Below the pieces are notes generated by a model that saw only the letters and a program-made list of their open reading frames with translations, had not been told where the DNA came from and ran no database searches. A stretch of 64,000 nucleotides of DNA, from NCBI GenBank assembly GCA_000004695.1, contig CM000155.2, positions 2,976,001 to 3,040,000 on the forward strand, in the 5' to 3' direction. This document shows positions 11,821 to 24,158 of the stretch, one piece after another. Position numbers and translations under genes: made by a program. This stretch comes from Dictyostelium discoideum. Taxonomy: Eukaryota. Numbering within the stretch: the stretch's first letter is position 1; each line of letters starts with the position of its first letter.

Positions 11821-11956
11821 TAAAAGTTATTACCAAATAAAATTATAAAAAAAAAATAAAAAAGATATTTCTTATAATTACATACTGAATTTAATTATAC
11901 AATACTTAACAAATATTGTTTAATATTATTTAAAAGTTTTGTTTTAAATCTTCCAT

Positions 11957-11995
<39 letters not shown>

Positions 11996-12260
11996 GGCTA
12001 ATGAAAAATTTTTCGAATAATTGACCTATTCCTGGATAACTCGATCTTTTTCAAAATAACTTTATTTATTCAGAATTAATTCAATTATTCACTGATAGGT
12101 CCAATACCAAATAAAATTATTTTTTTAAAAAAAAAAAAGTTAATATCAAATAAAATTATTTAATTTTAAATAAAAAAAAAAGTTTAATCTAAATTATATT
12201 GCATTAATTCAATCATTCACTGAAAGGTCCACTATTTTAATTATAAAAAAAATAAATAAT
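10960..12260. repeat. non-AT-rich transposon-relic islands, including a 3x tandem 41-bp repeat (about 11440..11562) and dispersed AATTCAAT(T/C)ATTCACTGA(T/A)AGGTCCA copies
   Basis: A G-run plus gggattaaggttaagggtcggaggagagatagggggag sits near 10968. The unit GGCGATGAAAGATACACCACTCTG(A/G)AAGAGTACTCAACTCCT occurs three times head to tail. At 12060-12240 there are two copies of a ~29-bp motif. The composition is far from the local genome background. Confidence 0.35.
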
Positions 12261-12493
12261 ATAAATAATCAATAAAAAATAAAAAAAATTTTAATGTTAG
12301 AATTAAATCAAATTAAAATTTTTTTTTTTTTTTTTTTTATATTATTGATTATTTATGTTTTGTTTTTACAATATTATCTATTTACCATTTTTGGTGATTT
12401 TTGGCAATAATAAGTTTTTTTCAACTTCACAATTATCGCATGTCCCTTTTTTGTGCTTTCCAAACAAAAAGTTGTGTCTAAAATTTTTATTTG

Positions 12494-12540
<47 letters not shown>

Positions 12541-12654
12541 AAAAAAATTTTTTTTTTTTTTTTTTTAATTTATTATTAAATTTTCTTTTTTTGATTTCTA
12601 TAAAATTTATAAATTTTTTTTTTTTTTTTTTTTAATATAAACTTTTTTAATTAA

Positions 12655-13405
12655 ATGTACGGATACGGATATACACCAGCAGTTGTAGCACCAACAGTCA
12701 TGTCATTCTCATTTGTCCCACCTCAAGCATTCCAACAATGTTGGTTTTACTCATTATACACTCAAATTCAACAAGCTCAATTATATGAAATGCAATCTTG
12801 GTTTATGAGAGTTGATGCAAATCGTAGCGGAACAATTAGCAGTGGTGAATTACAATATTTAAATATTGGTGGCACTCCTCTTGGTATTGAAACAGCTGTA
12901 AGTAATAATAATAATAATATATTAAAATAAAAAAGTATAAATTAATTAATAACCAACTTTTTCTTTTCTTTTTTTTTCTTTTTTTTCTTTTTTTTCTTTT
13001 TTTTCTTTTTTTTATAATTTTTATAATTAGACTAAATTAATTAAAGTTTTTGATCATAATAAAAATGGTCAAATTGATTTCTATGAATATGCAGCACTTC
13101 ATCAATTTATCAATAACCTTTACAGATGTTTTGTTGCCAATGATCGTAATTTCAGTGGTACCATTGATGCAAATGAAATTTATAATGCACTCATTACAAG
13201 TGGATTCCAATTACCATTCCCAACTGTTAACTACCTTTTCTTAAAGTTATCCCCAAGTGGTTATGGCCTTTTATTCACTCAATTCTTAAATTTATGTGCA
13301 ACCGTCGCTTTAACTCGTTCATTATTTGAATGGAATGATCCAATGAGAACTGGTGTAGTCCATTTAAATTTAGCTCAACTTTATGATATCATTGCTTTAG
13401 TTTAA
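12655..13405 (+). CDS. penta-EF-hand Ca2+-binding protein, ALG-2/peflin family (2 exons: 12655..12897, 13031..13405)
   Basis: Exon 1 carries the EF-loop [13 protein letters not shown] and ends at a GTAAGT donor (12898). AG at 13029-30 opens exon 2, [62 protein letters not shown]...[16 protein letters not shown]. This aligns along human ALG-2 (FDRENKAGVNFSEFTGVW...[26 protein letters not shown]...). The intron contains a (CTTTTTTT)n repeat. Confidence 0.75.
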
Positions 13406-13502
13406 ATAATTAATAATAATAAATAAAATGTTGTTGTAATCATAAATAAATAAATAAATATTTTTAAATTTCTAATTTTCAATTATTATTTATTTGTTTT
13501 TT

Positions 13503-14067
13503 TTATTTTTTCATTAAACTTGGAATAATTGGTGATTTATAACCATTTTTAGAAAATGTAATTGGATAAAATGATTCTTCTAATTTATTTGAACCATATA
13601 TTTTATAACGACCAAAATGGAAATGTGGTTTTAAATTTGGATTAAATTCACTATCACCTGGGATGAAATGAATTGCAACTACCATACGACCTTTAAATGA
13701 TGATGGATTTGTATTTGAACCATGCCATAATTTACCATGGTGAATTGAACAACCACCTGCTTTAACAGTAACATAGTGAATTGGTAAATTATCAGTGGAT
13801 TCAATATCATTAAATTTTGCAGCATTTTGTAAACCTCTTAAATAATTCTTTGGATTATGAAATTCTTCATTTGAATTACTATCATTAATATCTGCTGGTA
13901 AATCTTTCCATTTATGACTACCCTCCACAAATTCAACTGTACCATTCTCTTTACTAACATCTGTCAATGCAATCCAAACTGTTATTACTTTTTTTGTAGC
14001 ACATTCAAAATATGGTAAATCTTTTATAATATTATAAAAATGTGTGAGTGTTTGTAAGATAAATTTT

Positions 14068-14104
<37 letters not shown>

Positions 14105-14560
14105 AAACATATAAATATTTATTTTTAAAAAAAAATTACCTTGGTGCATTCCAATTGGTTTTCCATTAACTGGTTTCCAAAAGATATCATCTTGTGCGAT
14201 ACGAACTGAGTCAGAACCCAATAACTCGCAAGCTAATTTTCCAATATTTTCATTAAGTACTAGTTGGGCTAATATTGAATCTGATTTCCAGCTATTTACC
14301 AACTCTCTTGTTAAGTCATTTGGTGAGAAATTTGGTCTCCATGTTACATCATCTGGTGTAATAGATTTATCAAAAATACCATTAAAACAATTTTCTGAAT
14401 GATTTTTTATTTTTTCAATATCTGATTGATTTGGTATAATATTATCTAGAACTAAAAATCCATTCTTTTCAAATGATTCTTTATCTTGTTTAGTTATATC
14501 CCTTACACTAATTTTTATTAATTCATTTTCATTTTCGTTCATTTTTTTTTTTTTTAACAA
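13503..14560 (-). CDS. phytanoyl-CoA dioxygenase (PhyH)-family Fe(II)/2OG oxygenase (2 exons: 14560..14140, 14020..13503)
   Basis: Minus-strand exon 1 ends ...KPIGMHQ at G|GTAATT (phase 1). Acceptor AAAAG| at 14021-22 gives ...HQ-D-LPYFECATKKVITVWIALTDVSKENGTVEFVEGSHKW... This reconstitutes the PhyH His-x-Asp iron-binding triad plus a W.AL.D....NG.L....GSH block. Confidence 0.75.
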
Positions 14561-14986
14561 TGTGTTTTGTGTGTGAAAATATGTTATATAATAATAATAA
14601 TAATAATTGTTTTTTTTTTTTTTTTTTTAATTTTTTTTCTCAAAAATTGATTTAAAATAAAAAATAAAAAATAAAAAAAAAATAATATAATATGTGTGTT
14701 TTATTTGAATTTTTTTATTTTTTTTATTTTTAATTTTACCCCACTTTGGTCATTAATATTAATTATTCCTATATATTAAAAATATTTATAATATTTATAA
14801 TAATTTTTTTTTTGTTTTTAATTTTAATTATTTCTATTCAAAAATTAATTTTATAAATATTCTTACATTTTGACAAAATTATAATAAAAATGTAAATATT
14901 TCAAAGATAAAATTCTTAAAGAGATTTTAAAAAAAAAAAAAATAATAATAAATTAAATTAAATAATTTTATCTATAATTATAATTT

Positions 14987-17900
14987 TTATTTATTATTAT
15001 TATTTTTATCGATTTTTGATTTTAAAACATCAATATAATTATTATAAGACTTCATCATTAAATCCTGTATCTTTTGATCAGCATCCAATCTTTGATTCTG
15101 AAGTTGTTCAATTTGCTGTAATAAATTATTTGAGGAAAATGGTTCATTACTACTACTACTATTATTATTATTATTATTATTAAAATAAAATGGTGAAGAT
15201 CTAATTGGTGTTGAATTTGCCGATCTTGATCTTGTTGTAGTATATTGGTGTTGTTGTTGTTGTTGTTGTTGTTGATGTAAATAATCTGATGATGAAAATG
15301 GTATTGATTGTTGATTATTATTATAATAACTTTGATATCTAATACTTGAAGTTGAAGAAGGATATTGGTAATAGGTATTATAATTATCATTTAATCTTAC
15401 TGGTGTTAATCTATTAGTATTAAATGCTATTGGTTGTTGCTGTTGTTGTTGTTGTTGTTGTTGGTATGGTGGTAATAAAACTGTAGTTGGTTTAATTGGT
15501 GTTGTTTTCTTTAAAAAGTTTTCAATTTCATTTAAATCTTTTTCATTTTCTTTTAATATTTTATCAATTTCATCATCATCATGATCATCGTCATCTTTCT
15601 CTCCATCTTTACTTCTTAATAATACTCTTTTCTTTGATGCAGATGATGTATTTTGTTGTTTTTGTTGTTGTTTTTTAGTATTTGAAGAGGTAGTAGTACT
15701 AGTAGTAGTAGTAGTATTATTATTATTATTTGAATTATAAAATAATCGTGGCTCAAATTCATCATCATGATTATCAAATAATTCATCATTTGTATATCTA
15801 CTATAACCACTATTAACAGTTGTTGTATTTGAAGTACCTGAAGAATATCTTCCATTTGGTGTAAAAGATTGTTTCTTTCTCTTTGAAGATGGTGGATTTG
15901 ATATTAATTTTGGTGGTGATGGAGGTGGTGAAATATTTACATTATTACTATTACTATTATTATTATTGATATTATTACTGTTATTATTACTGTTATTATT
16001 ATTATTTGATAATTGTTGTTGTAATTGTAATAATTGTTTTTGTAAATATTCTTTTTCATTTGTAATTTGTGTAATTGAATTTTGTAAATTTAGCATTGTT
16101 AATTCTTGTTGATGTTGTTGTTGTTGTTGTTGATTTTGATCATATTGTTGTTGATTTTGATGTTGTTCATCAATTAAAACAACATTTTGATGTTGTTGTT
16201 GTTGGTCAATATTTAAATTAATTTTATTTAATTTATTAATTAAATCTAAATTTTCAAATTGAATTAATTCTAATTGATGTTTATGATCTTCATTTGATTG
16301 ATAAAGATTATCATATTCTTGTTTAATATTTGAAAGTAATGATTCAGTCCTTTGTTTCTCTAAATCAATATAATTTTGTTTCTCTTTAATTAAATCCATT
16401 AAATATTGTTGATGTTTTTCAACTTTATCCAATTGTTTATCAACCTCTACTAGTATGGATTGAATATCTTCCTTTAGATAACGATCTTGATATTCTCTAT
16501 CCTTTTCAACGATATCTAAATATTCATTGACTTGTTTCATCTTTTCAGTATACTGATCACGAGATCTAGTTAAATCATCGAATAAACTCTTATTCTCAAT
16601 ACCAAGTATATCCAACTCTTGATTCTTTATTTGTACAACCTCTTTAATCTCTTTAACTTTAACTCTACTCTTTTCTTCAACAATTAATTCATTAATTATT
16701 GTCTCTAACCATGTTAAATTCTTTTGTAAATTTAAAATATTTTCATTACTATCATCATTATTATCATCTTGATTTTCATCTTGATTTTCATCATTATCAT
16801 TATCATTAATTTTTTGTTCTTTTAATAATTGATTTAATTTCATTTGAACGAAATCAGTATTTTTAGTATTAATAATATTTGAAGATAATAAAGAATTTAG
16901 TAGTGAATGAATATCATTATTAATAGTATGAATGAATTGTGATAGATGAGAATTTGATTGTTTCAATTCAATCAATTGATCATTGTATAGATTTGATTGT
17001 GATTGTGATTGACTATTCAATTGTTCAAGATTACTAATTTCTTGACGATAAGTTTCAAGTAACTGTTCAAATTGTTGTTGTTGTTCACTATATTGTTGTT
17101 GTTGTTCAATAGATAATTGTAATTGATGTTGTTCGAATTCCATCTGATATTGAGTTTTAATTTGTTGATTATATTTCTCAATCTCTTTTTCAATCTCTTT
17201 TTCAAATTGTTTCTCAAATTTCAATTTTAATTCCTTTTCTAATGATTCTAAATCTTTCTTTTCATTTGATAAATTTGATCGTAATTGATTTCTCTCTTTT
17301 TCAAATTCAATTTCAAATTCTTTTTCAATTATTAATTTTTGATTCTCCAATTCTTTTTCAAAATCTTGTCTTTGTCTCTCCAATTCAATTTCAAATTCTT
17401 GTCTTTGTTGATCAAATTGTAATTTAAAGTCTTGTTCAAATTCTTGTTGATAAATTTCAAATTCTTCTTTTGTAATAAATTCTTCTTTTTCTTCTTCTTC
17501 CTCTTCCTCTTCTTGTTCTGATTCACTTGAATTTAATATTATTGAATCTTGATCATCACCACTATGTAATATAATTGAATCATTATCATCTTCATTTGTA
17601 TTTGAACTATTATTAGTATTAGTATTATTATCATCATTTAATATAATTTCATCATCTAATTCAATGATTGAATTTCTAATATTATCTTTTTCTTCATCAT
17701 CTTCATCAGGGTGATATTGAACACTATCATTATCAGAATTATCAATACTTTCTTCACCATGATCATCTTCTGATTCACTTGAATTAATTATCACTTCATC
17801 ATCTAATTCACCAAATTCATCACAAAATTCTTCATCTTCTTCTTCTTCTTCTTCTTCTTCATCTTCATCTTCATCTTCTTGGTTATTATTATTGTTAATT

Positions 17901-20239
17901 GAATTGTTTGCTGTAGTTGTAGTTGTAGTTGTTGTTGATGTTGTATTTTTATTATTATTATTAGTATTAGTATTATTTGTTGTTGTTGTTGAATTATCAG
18001 ATTTTGAATTTTCAAATAATTGATTACTATTTATATTATAATCAGGTTGAATTGGTGAAGAAATATTATCTTTAATGAATTGATATTGTTCATCATTTAA
18101 AGATAAAGTTTTAGTATGAATACCATCATTTGAATAGATTACATTTTGATTGAAATGAACTTGTTTCTTTTTTAATGATGATAATCTTTGATCTGGATCA
18201 TAATCTGAATTGATAGATAATGAATCTTTACTAATACCAATTTCATTTAACATTTGCTTATAGTGTGGTGAAATATCGTATAATTGAACCAAAACATCTT
18301 TAGCAATACAAAGATCTCTTTTAATCTGTTGGAAATTCTCTAAAATAGATTCATAATCTTTAATAACAATCTCTTGTCTATCTCTATCATCAATTAAACT
18401 TTGATTTGAATTCATCACTGTAACATATTCAAATTGTAATTTTCTCATATCTGCAATCTCTTTTAATTTTCTTTCATACCTTTTCTTTAATTCTTCATAT
18501 GAAATATCATTTTCATTTGGACTTGAATAAATTGATTGTTGTTGAGTTTGTTGTTGTTGTTGTTGTTGAGTTTGTTGAGTTTGTTGTTGTTTTTGTTTAG
18601 ATTCACCATTTGAAATTATACCACTACCATCAGAATTTAAAGATAAATTATTATCAGTTATATTTTGAATGATCATATCCAATGAAGAAGATGATGAATT
18701 CTCTCTATGATGAGTTTTTCTTTTAATTGGACTACCAGTTATAGAAGAAGAGGTTGCATTACTTAATGCAGTGGCTTGTTGTTGTTGTAATTGTTGTAAT
18801 TGAGTGATTTGTAATTGTAATTCTTTAATTTGATGTTGTAAATCATTAATTTTCTCAATCTTTTCATCATTCTCTTTAATTAATAATTGAATTTCATTTG
18901 AAAATTGTTGATTCTCTTGTTTCGATAATTCTAATAATTCATTAACCATATCTAATTCTTCATTATTATTATTATTATTATTAGTGGTAGTGGTAGTAGT
19001 AGTAGTATTAATTTGTTTATCAATTAATTCTTGTTCTTTTTGTTTCAATTGTTGATTTAATTGTTTAATTTGTTCTAATAGTTGATTAATTGTTGATTGT
19101 TTTAATTGTAAATCATTCATTGATTCTTTATATTGTTGATCTAATGATTGATATAGATTCATAATTTCATCAGTTTGATTGAATGATTGTTGATATTCTT
19201 CCAATTGTAATTGATATTTATTTATGGTTTCTTTATTTTCTAGTTTCGATTGTTGATATTCATTTTCAAGTTTTTCAAGTTCACCTTTAATTTCAATTTC
19301 CTTTTGTTCATATTGATTATAATTCTCACAAAGTTCATTATAATTTGTTAACAACTCTTGATAACTTGATGATAATTGATTGATTTGATTTGATTTCTTT
19401 GTATTATCAACTTCTTGTTTCTTTAATTCTTGAATTGTTTCATCCAATTTCTTTAAATTCTCTTTTTCAATTAATTTCAATTCATTAATTTGTTGATTGA
19501 ATTTATTATTAATTTCTTCTAGTTCTTTAATTTTATTAATTTGTTGTTGTTCATTATTACTATTATTATTATTATTTTGTTGTTGCTCTTGTTTTAATTG
19601 TTCATTTTCAGATTTAATTTGTTGATATAATTTTTCAAATTCTTTAAAGTCTGAAGTTAAAGATTCCAATTCCTCAATTTGAGTATTTTGTTCCTTTATG
19701 ATTTGTTCAGATTCAAATAATTGTGAATTTAATACTTCAATTTCATTTGATAATTGATCGATTTGTTCTTGATTCTTTGAAATACTTTCATTATGAATGA
19801 TTTGTAATTCTTGAAGTTTTTGTTTAATTAAAGTTTTTTTTTTTTTTAATAATTCATTCGACTCAACCAATTCAATAGTATAATTTCTTTCTTTTTCTAA
19901 ATGTTCTTCTAATTGTTTAATTTGAATTAATTGTTTATTATATTCAATTTCAAAATTATTATTATTTTCATCTAATTTTTCATTTTCTTTATTATTATTA
20001 TTATTATTATTATTATCAATATTTAATGATTTTAATTCTAAATTATCTTTTTCTAATAAATCAATTTTATTTTGTTTATTATTTAATTCTTCTTCGAAAT
20101 GTTGTTTTGTATAATTTAATTGTTTTTCTAATCTTTCATTCTTTGTTTTGTATTCTATTGATTTGGATTTCTCTTCTTTTAATTCCTCTATTAATTTGGT
20201 TTTACTTTGATTTAATTCCATTATTGTTTCAAAATTACT
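14987..20239 (-). CDS. giant coiled-coil protein, main exon (about 1750 codons), rich in polyN, polyQ and Glu/Lys heptads
   Basis: The ORF is 5.2 kb on the minus strand, which random 80%-AT DNA cannot sustain. It has myosin-tail/SMC-like heptad periodicity throughout. An in-frame 18-nt extension upstream of the first Met leads to an AG acceptor at 20240-41. Confidence 0.6.
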   Translation of the reverse strand, partial: SNFETIMELNQSKTKLIEELKEEKSKSIEYKTKNERLEKQLNYTKQHFEEELNNKQNKIDLLEKDNLELKSLNIDNNNNNNNNKENEKLDENNNNFEIEYNKQLIQIKQLEEHLEKERNYTIELVESNELLKKKKTLIKQKLQELQIIHNESISKNQEQIDQLSNEIEVLNSQLFESEQIIKEQNTQIEELESLTSDFKEFEKLYQQIKSENEQLKQEQQQNNNNNSNNEQQQINKIKELEEINNKFNQQINELKLIEKENLKKLDETIQELKKQEVDNTKKSNQINQLSSSYQELLTNYNELCENYNQYEQKEIEIKGELEKLENEYQQSKLENKETINKYQLQLEEYQQSFNQTDEIMNLYQSLDQQYKESMNDLQLKQSTINQLLEQIKQLNQQLKQKEQELIDKQINTTTTTTTTNNNNNNNEELDMVNELLELSKQENQQFSNEIQLLIKENDEKIEKINDLQHQIKELQLQITQLQQLQQQQATALSNATSSSITGSPIKRKTHHRENSSSSSLDMIIQNITDNNLSLNSDGSGIISNGESKQKQQQTQQTQQQQQQQTQQQSIYSSPNENDISYEELKKRYERKLKEIADMRKLQFEYVTVMNSNQSLIDDRDRQEIVIKDYESILENFQQIKRDLCIAKDVLVQLYDISPHYKQMLNEIGISKDSLSINSDYDPDQRLSSLKKKQVHFNQNVIYSNDGIHTKTLSLNDEQYQFIKDNISSPIQPDYNINSNQLFENSKSDNSTTTTNNTNTNNNNKNTTSTTTTTTTTANNSINNNNNQEDEDEDEEEEEEEEDEEFCDEFGELDDEVIINSSESEDDHGEESIDNSDNDSVQYHPDEDDEEKDNIRNSIIELDDEIILNDDNNTNTNNSSNTNEDDNDSIILHSGDDQDSIILNSSESEQEEEEEEEEKEEFITKEEFEIYQQEFEQDFKLQFDQQRQEFEIELERQRQDFEKELENQKLIIEKEFEIEFEKERNQLRSNLSNEKKDLESLEKELKLKFEKQFEKEIEKEIEKYNQQIKTQYQMEFEQHQLQLSIEQQQQYSEQQQQFEQLLETYRQEISNLEQLNSQSQSQSNLYNDQLIELKQSNSHLSQFIHTINNDIHSLLNSLLSSNIINTKNTDFVQMKLNQLLKEQKINDNDNDENQDENQDDNNDDSNENILNLQKNLTWLETIINELIVEEKSRVKVKEIKEVVQIKNQELDILGIENKSLFDDLTRSRDQYTEKMKQVNEYLDIVEKDREYQDRYLKEDIQSILVEVDKQLDKVEKHQQYLMDLIKEKQNYIDLEKQRTESLLSNIKQEYDNLYQSNEDHKHQLELIQFENLDLINKLNKINLNIDQQQQHQNVVLIDEQHQNQQQYDQNQQQQQQHQQELTMLNLQNSITQITNEKEYLQKQLLQLQQQLSNNNNNSNNNSNNINNNNSNSNNVNISPPPSPPKLISNPPSSKRKKQSFTPNGRYSSGTSNTTTVNSGYSRYTNDELFDNHDDEFEPRLFYNSNNNNNTTTTTSTTTSSNTKKQQQKQQNTSSASKKRVLLRSKDGEKDDDDHDDDEIDKILKENEKDLNEIENFLKKTTPIKPTTVLLPPYQQQQQQQQQQPIAFNTNRLTPVRLNDNYNTYYQYPSSTSSIRYQSYYNNNQQSIPFSSSDYLHQQQQQQQQHQYTTTRSRSANSTPIRSSPFYFNNNNNNNSSSSNEPFSSNNLLQQIEQLQNQRLDADQKIQDLMMKSYNNYIDVLKSKIDKNNNNK

Positions 20240-20386
20240 CTATTAAAAAAAATAAAATAAAAAATAAAAAATAAAATAAAATAAAATAAAATAAAATAAT
20301 AATGATGATGATGATGATGATTTTATTAATAAAATGAATCAAAATTTCAAAAATGTGTATGTATTGAATATTATGAAAATATTTAC

Positions 20387-20717
20387 TTGATTTTGTTTTA
20401 ATTCTTTTTCTGTTAAATTTTTAATTTCATTTTCTAATTTTTTATTATTCTCAAGTAAAATTTGATATTCGCTAGTTATATTTGTAGTTGTTGTAGTTGT
20501 AGTAATTGTTGATGATGATGAAGATGATTCAATATTATTATTATTATCATTATTTAATTTTTTATTTAATTCTAAAATTGTTTCATTTGCAATTTCAACA
20601 TCGATTTTTTCTTTATCTAATTTTAATTTTAATATTTCAATTTCTTCTTCTAAATCTTTAATTAAACTATTATTTTTATTATTATTACTATTATTACTAT
20701 TTATATTATTATTATCA

Positions 20718-20748
<31 letters not shown>

Positions 20749-21461
20749 CATCATCATTGCCTTGTTCTAATTGTTGAATTTTATTTTTTAATAAATCATT
20801 TTCAATCTTTAATTCATTTTCAATTAATTTAAAATCATCCAATAATGAATTGGATTCTTTTAATTTTTGTTCCAATGTTAATATTTTAACTAACATTGAA
20901 TCATTATCTTTAATATTCCTATTGTTTATATCATCCTCCTCTTCTTCCCCTTCCCCTATTATACCATTCCCATTCCCATTACTATTACTATTATTATTAT
21001 TATCGCTATGTAATGAACCATTAATACCATTTATAATTGGTGATGATGATGATGATGTCATTGATGGTGAATTTTGTTGTTGTTGGTGTTGTTGCTTTTT
21101 TATTAAATTTACAATATCTTCATTTTCTTTTAATTTTAATAATGTTTCATTTAATCGATTTGTATTTGATTCTTGAGAATCTTCTATTCTAGATTTCTCT
21201 TCCTCTAAAATTGATACTCGAGATGCTAAAATACCATTTTGTTTACGTTCTTCTACTAATTTCTTTTGAGTTTGTATTATACCCTTTTGCATATCCTCTA
21301 CATGTTTTTTTGAATCTTCTTTCTCTTTCATCATCTGTTTCACCGTTTCAATAAGTTGAGAGTTTTTCTCTCTCTCTGCATTAAAAAAATCAATGGTTTT
21401 TTGATGTAATTCCTTTTCTTTAGAAATCTCTTCTAATAAATAAATTTTCTCTTCTGCTGAT

Positions 21462-21466
<5 letters not shown>
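20387..21466 (-). CDS. coiled-coil protein; probably 5' exon 1 of the same gene as 14987..20239
   Basis: The ORF MASAEEKIYLLEEISKEKELHQKT... stays open until ...ELKQNQ followed by GTAAAT (donor at 20386-85, phase 0). A 147-nt AT-rich intron ends TAATAG| at 20240. This joins in frame to SNFETI-MELNQSK of the downstream ORF. Confidence 0.5.
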
Positions 21467-21501
<35 letters not shown>

Positions 21502-22069
21502 AAAAAAATTATTATTATATTTATTATTATTATTATTATAATTTTTTAAAAATTATAAAATATTTATTAAATTATTATTATTATTATTAATTAATAATTT
21601 ATTATAAATTTTGATATTTAATTTAATTTTATTTAAATTTTTAAAAATTAAACCATTGATTTTAAAAATAAGAAAATAAAATTATATATAAATAAATATA
21701 TATATATATAAAAATGTGTAAAAACAATAAATGAATATTTATTTTTTAAAAAAAAAAAAAAAAAATATTATGTATTTTATTTTATATCTTTTTTTTTTTT
21801 TTTTACTTATAAAAGATGATTTCCCATCTAACGGTCAAAAAAAAAAAAATTTGAAAAAAAAAAAAAAATAAAAAAAAAAAAAATTAAAAAAAAAAGAAAA
21901 AGAAAAAAAAAAAAATTAAAAAAAAAAATAATGGAAATTGACACACTATTAACTCAAAAATTTATTTTTTTTTTTTTTTATTATTTTTTTTTTTTTTTTT
22001 TTTTTCATTTCCAATCCAAATCACCACCATTCACGATAAATAATATATATATAAAAAAAAAATAAAAAA

Positions 22070-22890
22070 ATGAGAAGACAAACAGGTAGACAATTAGAAA
22101 ATGAATATTTAGATGAACAAGGTAAAGTAAGATTCAAAAAAAAAAAAAAAAAAACAAAAAAAAAAACAAAAAAAAAAAACAAAAAAAAAAAAAAAAAAAA
22201 AAAAATTCCAAAGAAAACCCTTGCTGTAACCTAATTTATTAATATTCATACTTTTCTAACTTTTTTTTTTCAAATAATAGAGCAAAAAGATGTAATAAAT
22301 AATTTATTAACAAATGATAAATCAACAAGTTTATTTTATAGGGTAATTATTATTTTTATTATTTTTATTATTTTTATTATTATTAAATTAGGAAGAAAAT
22401 AATTTTACTAATTTTTTTTTTTTTTTTTAAATTTTATTTTATAACTAATTAATTAAAAAAGAAATGTATTAGTATGGTTGGATTTTTTTGTGGAGTTTTA
22501 AAATTATTATGCGCAATATTACCATTTAATGTATTACCATTTGAACATTTAGCACATAGTACATTGAAGGGATCAGGTGTTTCAAGTTTTTTCATTGCTT
22601 GGTTGGAGTGGATTTCAGCATCAGCTTATATTGCAGGTGGTATTGGAATGTATCCCGATTTTGTTAAAGGTTTTATAAGAAAATGGATTATGTTTGCATG
22701 TATCGGTTTCACATCTTTCACCTCATTTGTTGTCTTAATTTTGAGTGGTAGTATTTTTGCCACCCTTTGGATCACTGGTGTCAATTGTATTTATCTTTTT
22801 GCTTGCCTTTATGTTTTCTCTATAACCTCAAATAGTCAAAGAGAAATTATTAATCTTCAAAAATTCCAATATCCTCATAAAAAAGCCTAA
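22070..22890 (+). CDS. small 4-TM membrane protein, hypothetical (3 exons: 22070..22121, 22281..22342, 22462..22890)
   Basis: Exon 1 is MRRQTGRQLENEYLDEQ with donor G|GTAAAG (phase 1). The 62-nt exon 2 (E)QKDVINNLLTNDKSTSLFYR lies between AATAG| and |GTAATT. Exon 3, KCISMVGFFCGVLKLLC..., has four hydrophobic segments. Only one phase combination avoids stops. Confidence 0.5.
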
Positions 22891-23304
22891 ATAGGAATTA
22901 AAAAAAAATAAAAATAAAAATAAAATAAAAAATAAAATGTTTAAAAAATAGATTTTTTATTAATTTTAATAATTAAAAAAATAAATAAATAAATAATTAA
23001 AAAAAACAAATAAATAAAAAAAAAAAAAAAAAAAAATTGATTGTTTAAAAAACACTTATCTGGAAAAAAAAAAAAAAAAAAAATAATAATAATAAAATAA
23101 ATTTTAAAAAAAAAAATTAAAAACCGACAAAATCAATTAATAATCTATTTTTAAAGCCTTTAGAGATAATTATGGCTTAAAATGTATTATTAAAAAAAAT
23201 TTATTTGAAAAATTTGATTTTTTTTTTTTTTTTTTTTATTTTTTATTTTTTTTTTTTTTGAATTTTTTTTTGAATTTTTTTTTTTTTGAATTTTTTTTTT
23301 TTTT

Positions 23305-23335
<31 letters not shown>

Positions 23336-23935
23336 CTTATCTCCATAGTGCAACATTGTATTTTTATATATAAAAAAAAAAAAAAATTAAAAAAATTAAA
23401 AAAAAGTAATGTAATATCGCAAATTAATACATTTTCATATAATAGAATCAATAAAACTTTTATTGTTTTTATAATTTTATTTTTTTTTTTTTATTTTTTT
23501 TATTTATTTTTTCTCCTATTTCCCACACTAATAAAAGAATAGAATTAAAACATATAAAATATATAAAACAAATAATTTTTAAATTACATAAATAAACATA
23601 ATTATAAATAATTAAGGTATAATTTTTAAAATAAAAAACACAGTTTGATATTTTTTTTTATTTATTTAAATAAAAAAAAAATAAAAAAAAAACAAAATAA
23701 TAATATACATAAAAAAAAAAAAAAGATTCCCACACAGAAAAAAAAAAAAAATATCTTTGTTTTTTTTTTTTTTTTTTTAATTTTTTTTTTTTTTCCAAAT
23801 TTTTTTCCCCCCTAACATTAAAAGTATTAATAATAGTATTAAATAAAATAGAATAGAATAAAGGTGAATTAAAATAAATAACATTAATACATTTCGTCGT
23901 GGGTGTTGTGTGTTTTTTGTTTTGTTTTTTTATTG

Positions 23936-23966
<31 letters not shown>

Positions 23967-24124
23967 TGCTTTTTTTTTAATTTCGATATTTTATTGTCTG
24001 TGGGTGTTATGGTTTTATTTTTTAAAAAAATAAAAAAATAAAATTTTTTATTTTATTTTATTCTATAAACTTTATTTTATCCACACACATTTTATACCTT
24101 TAAACCTCTTATAATTAACTAACA

Positions 24125-24158
<34 letters not shown>

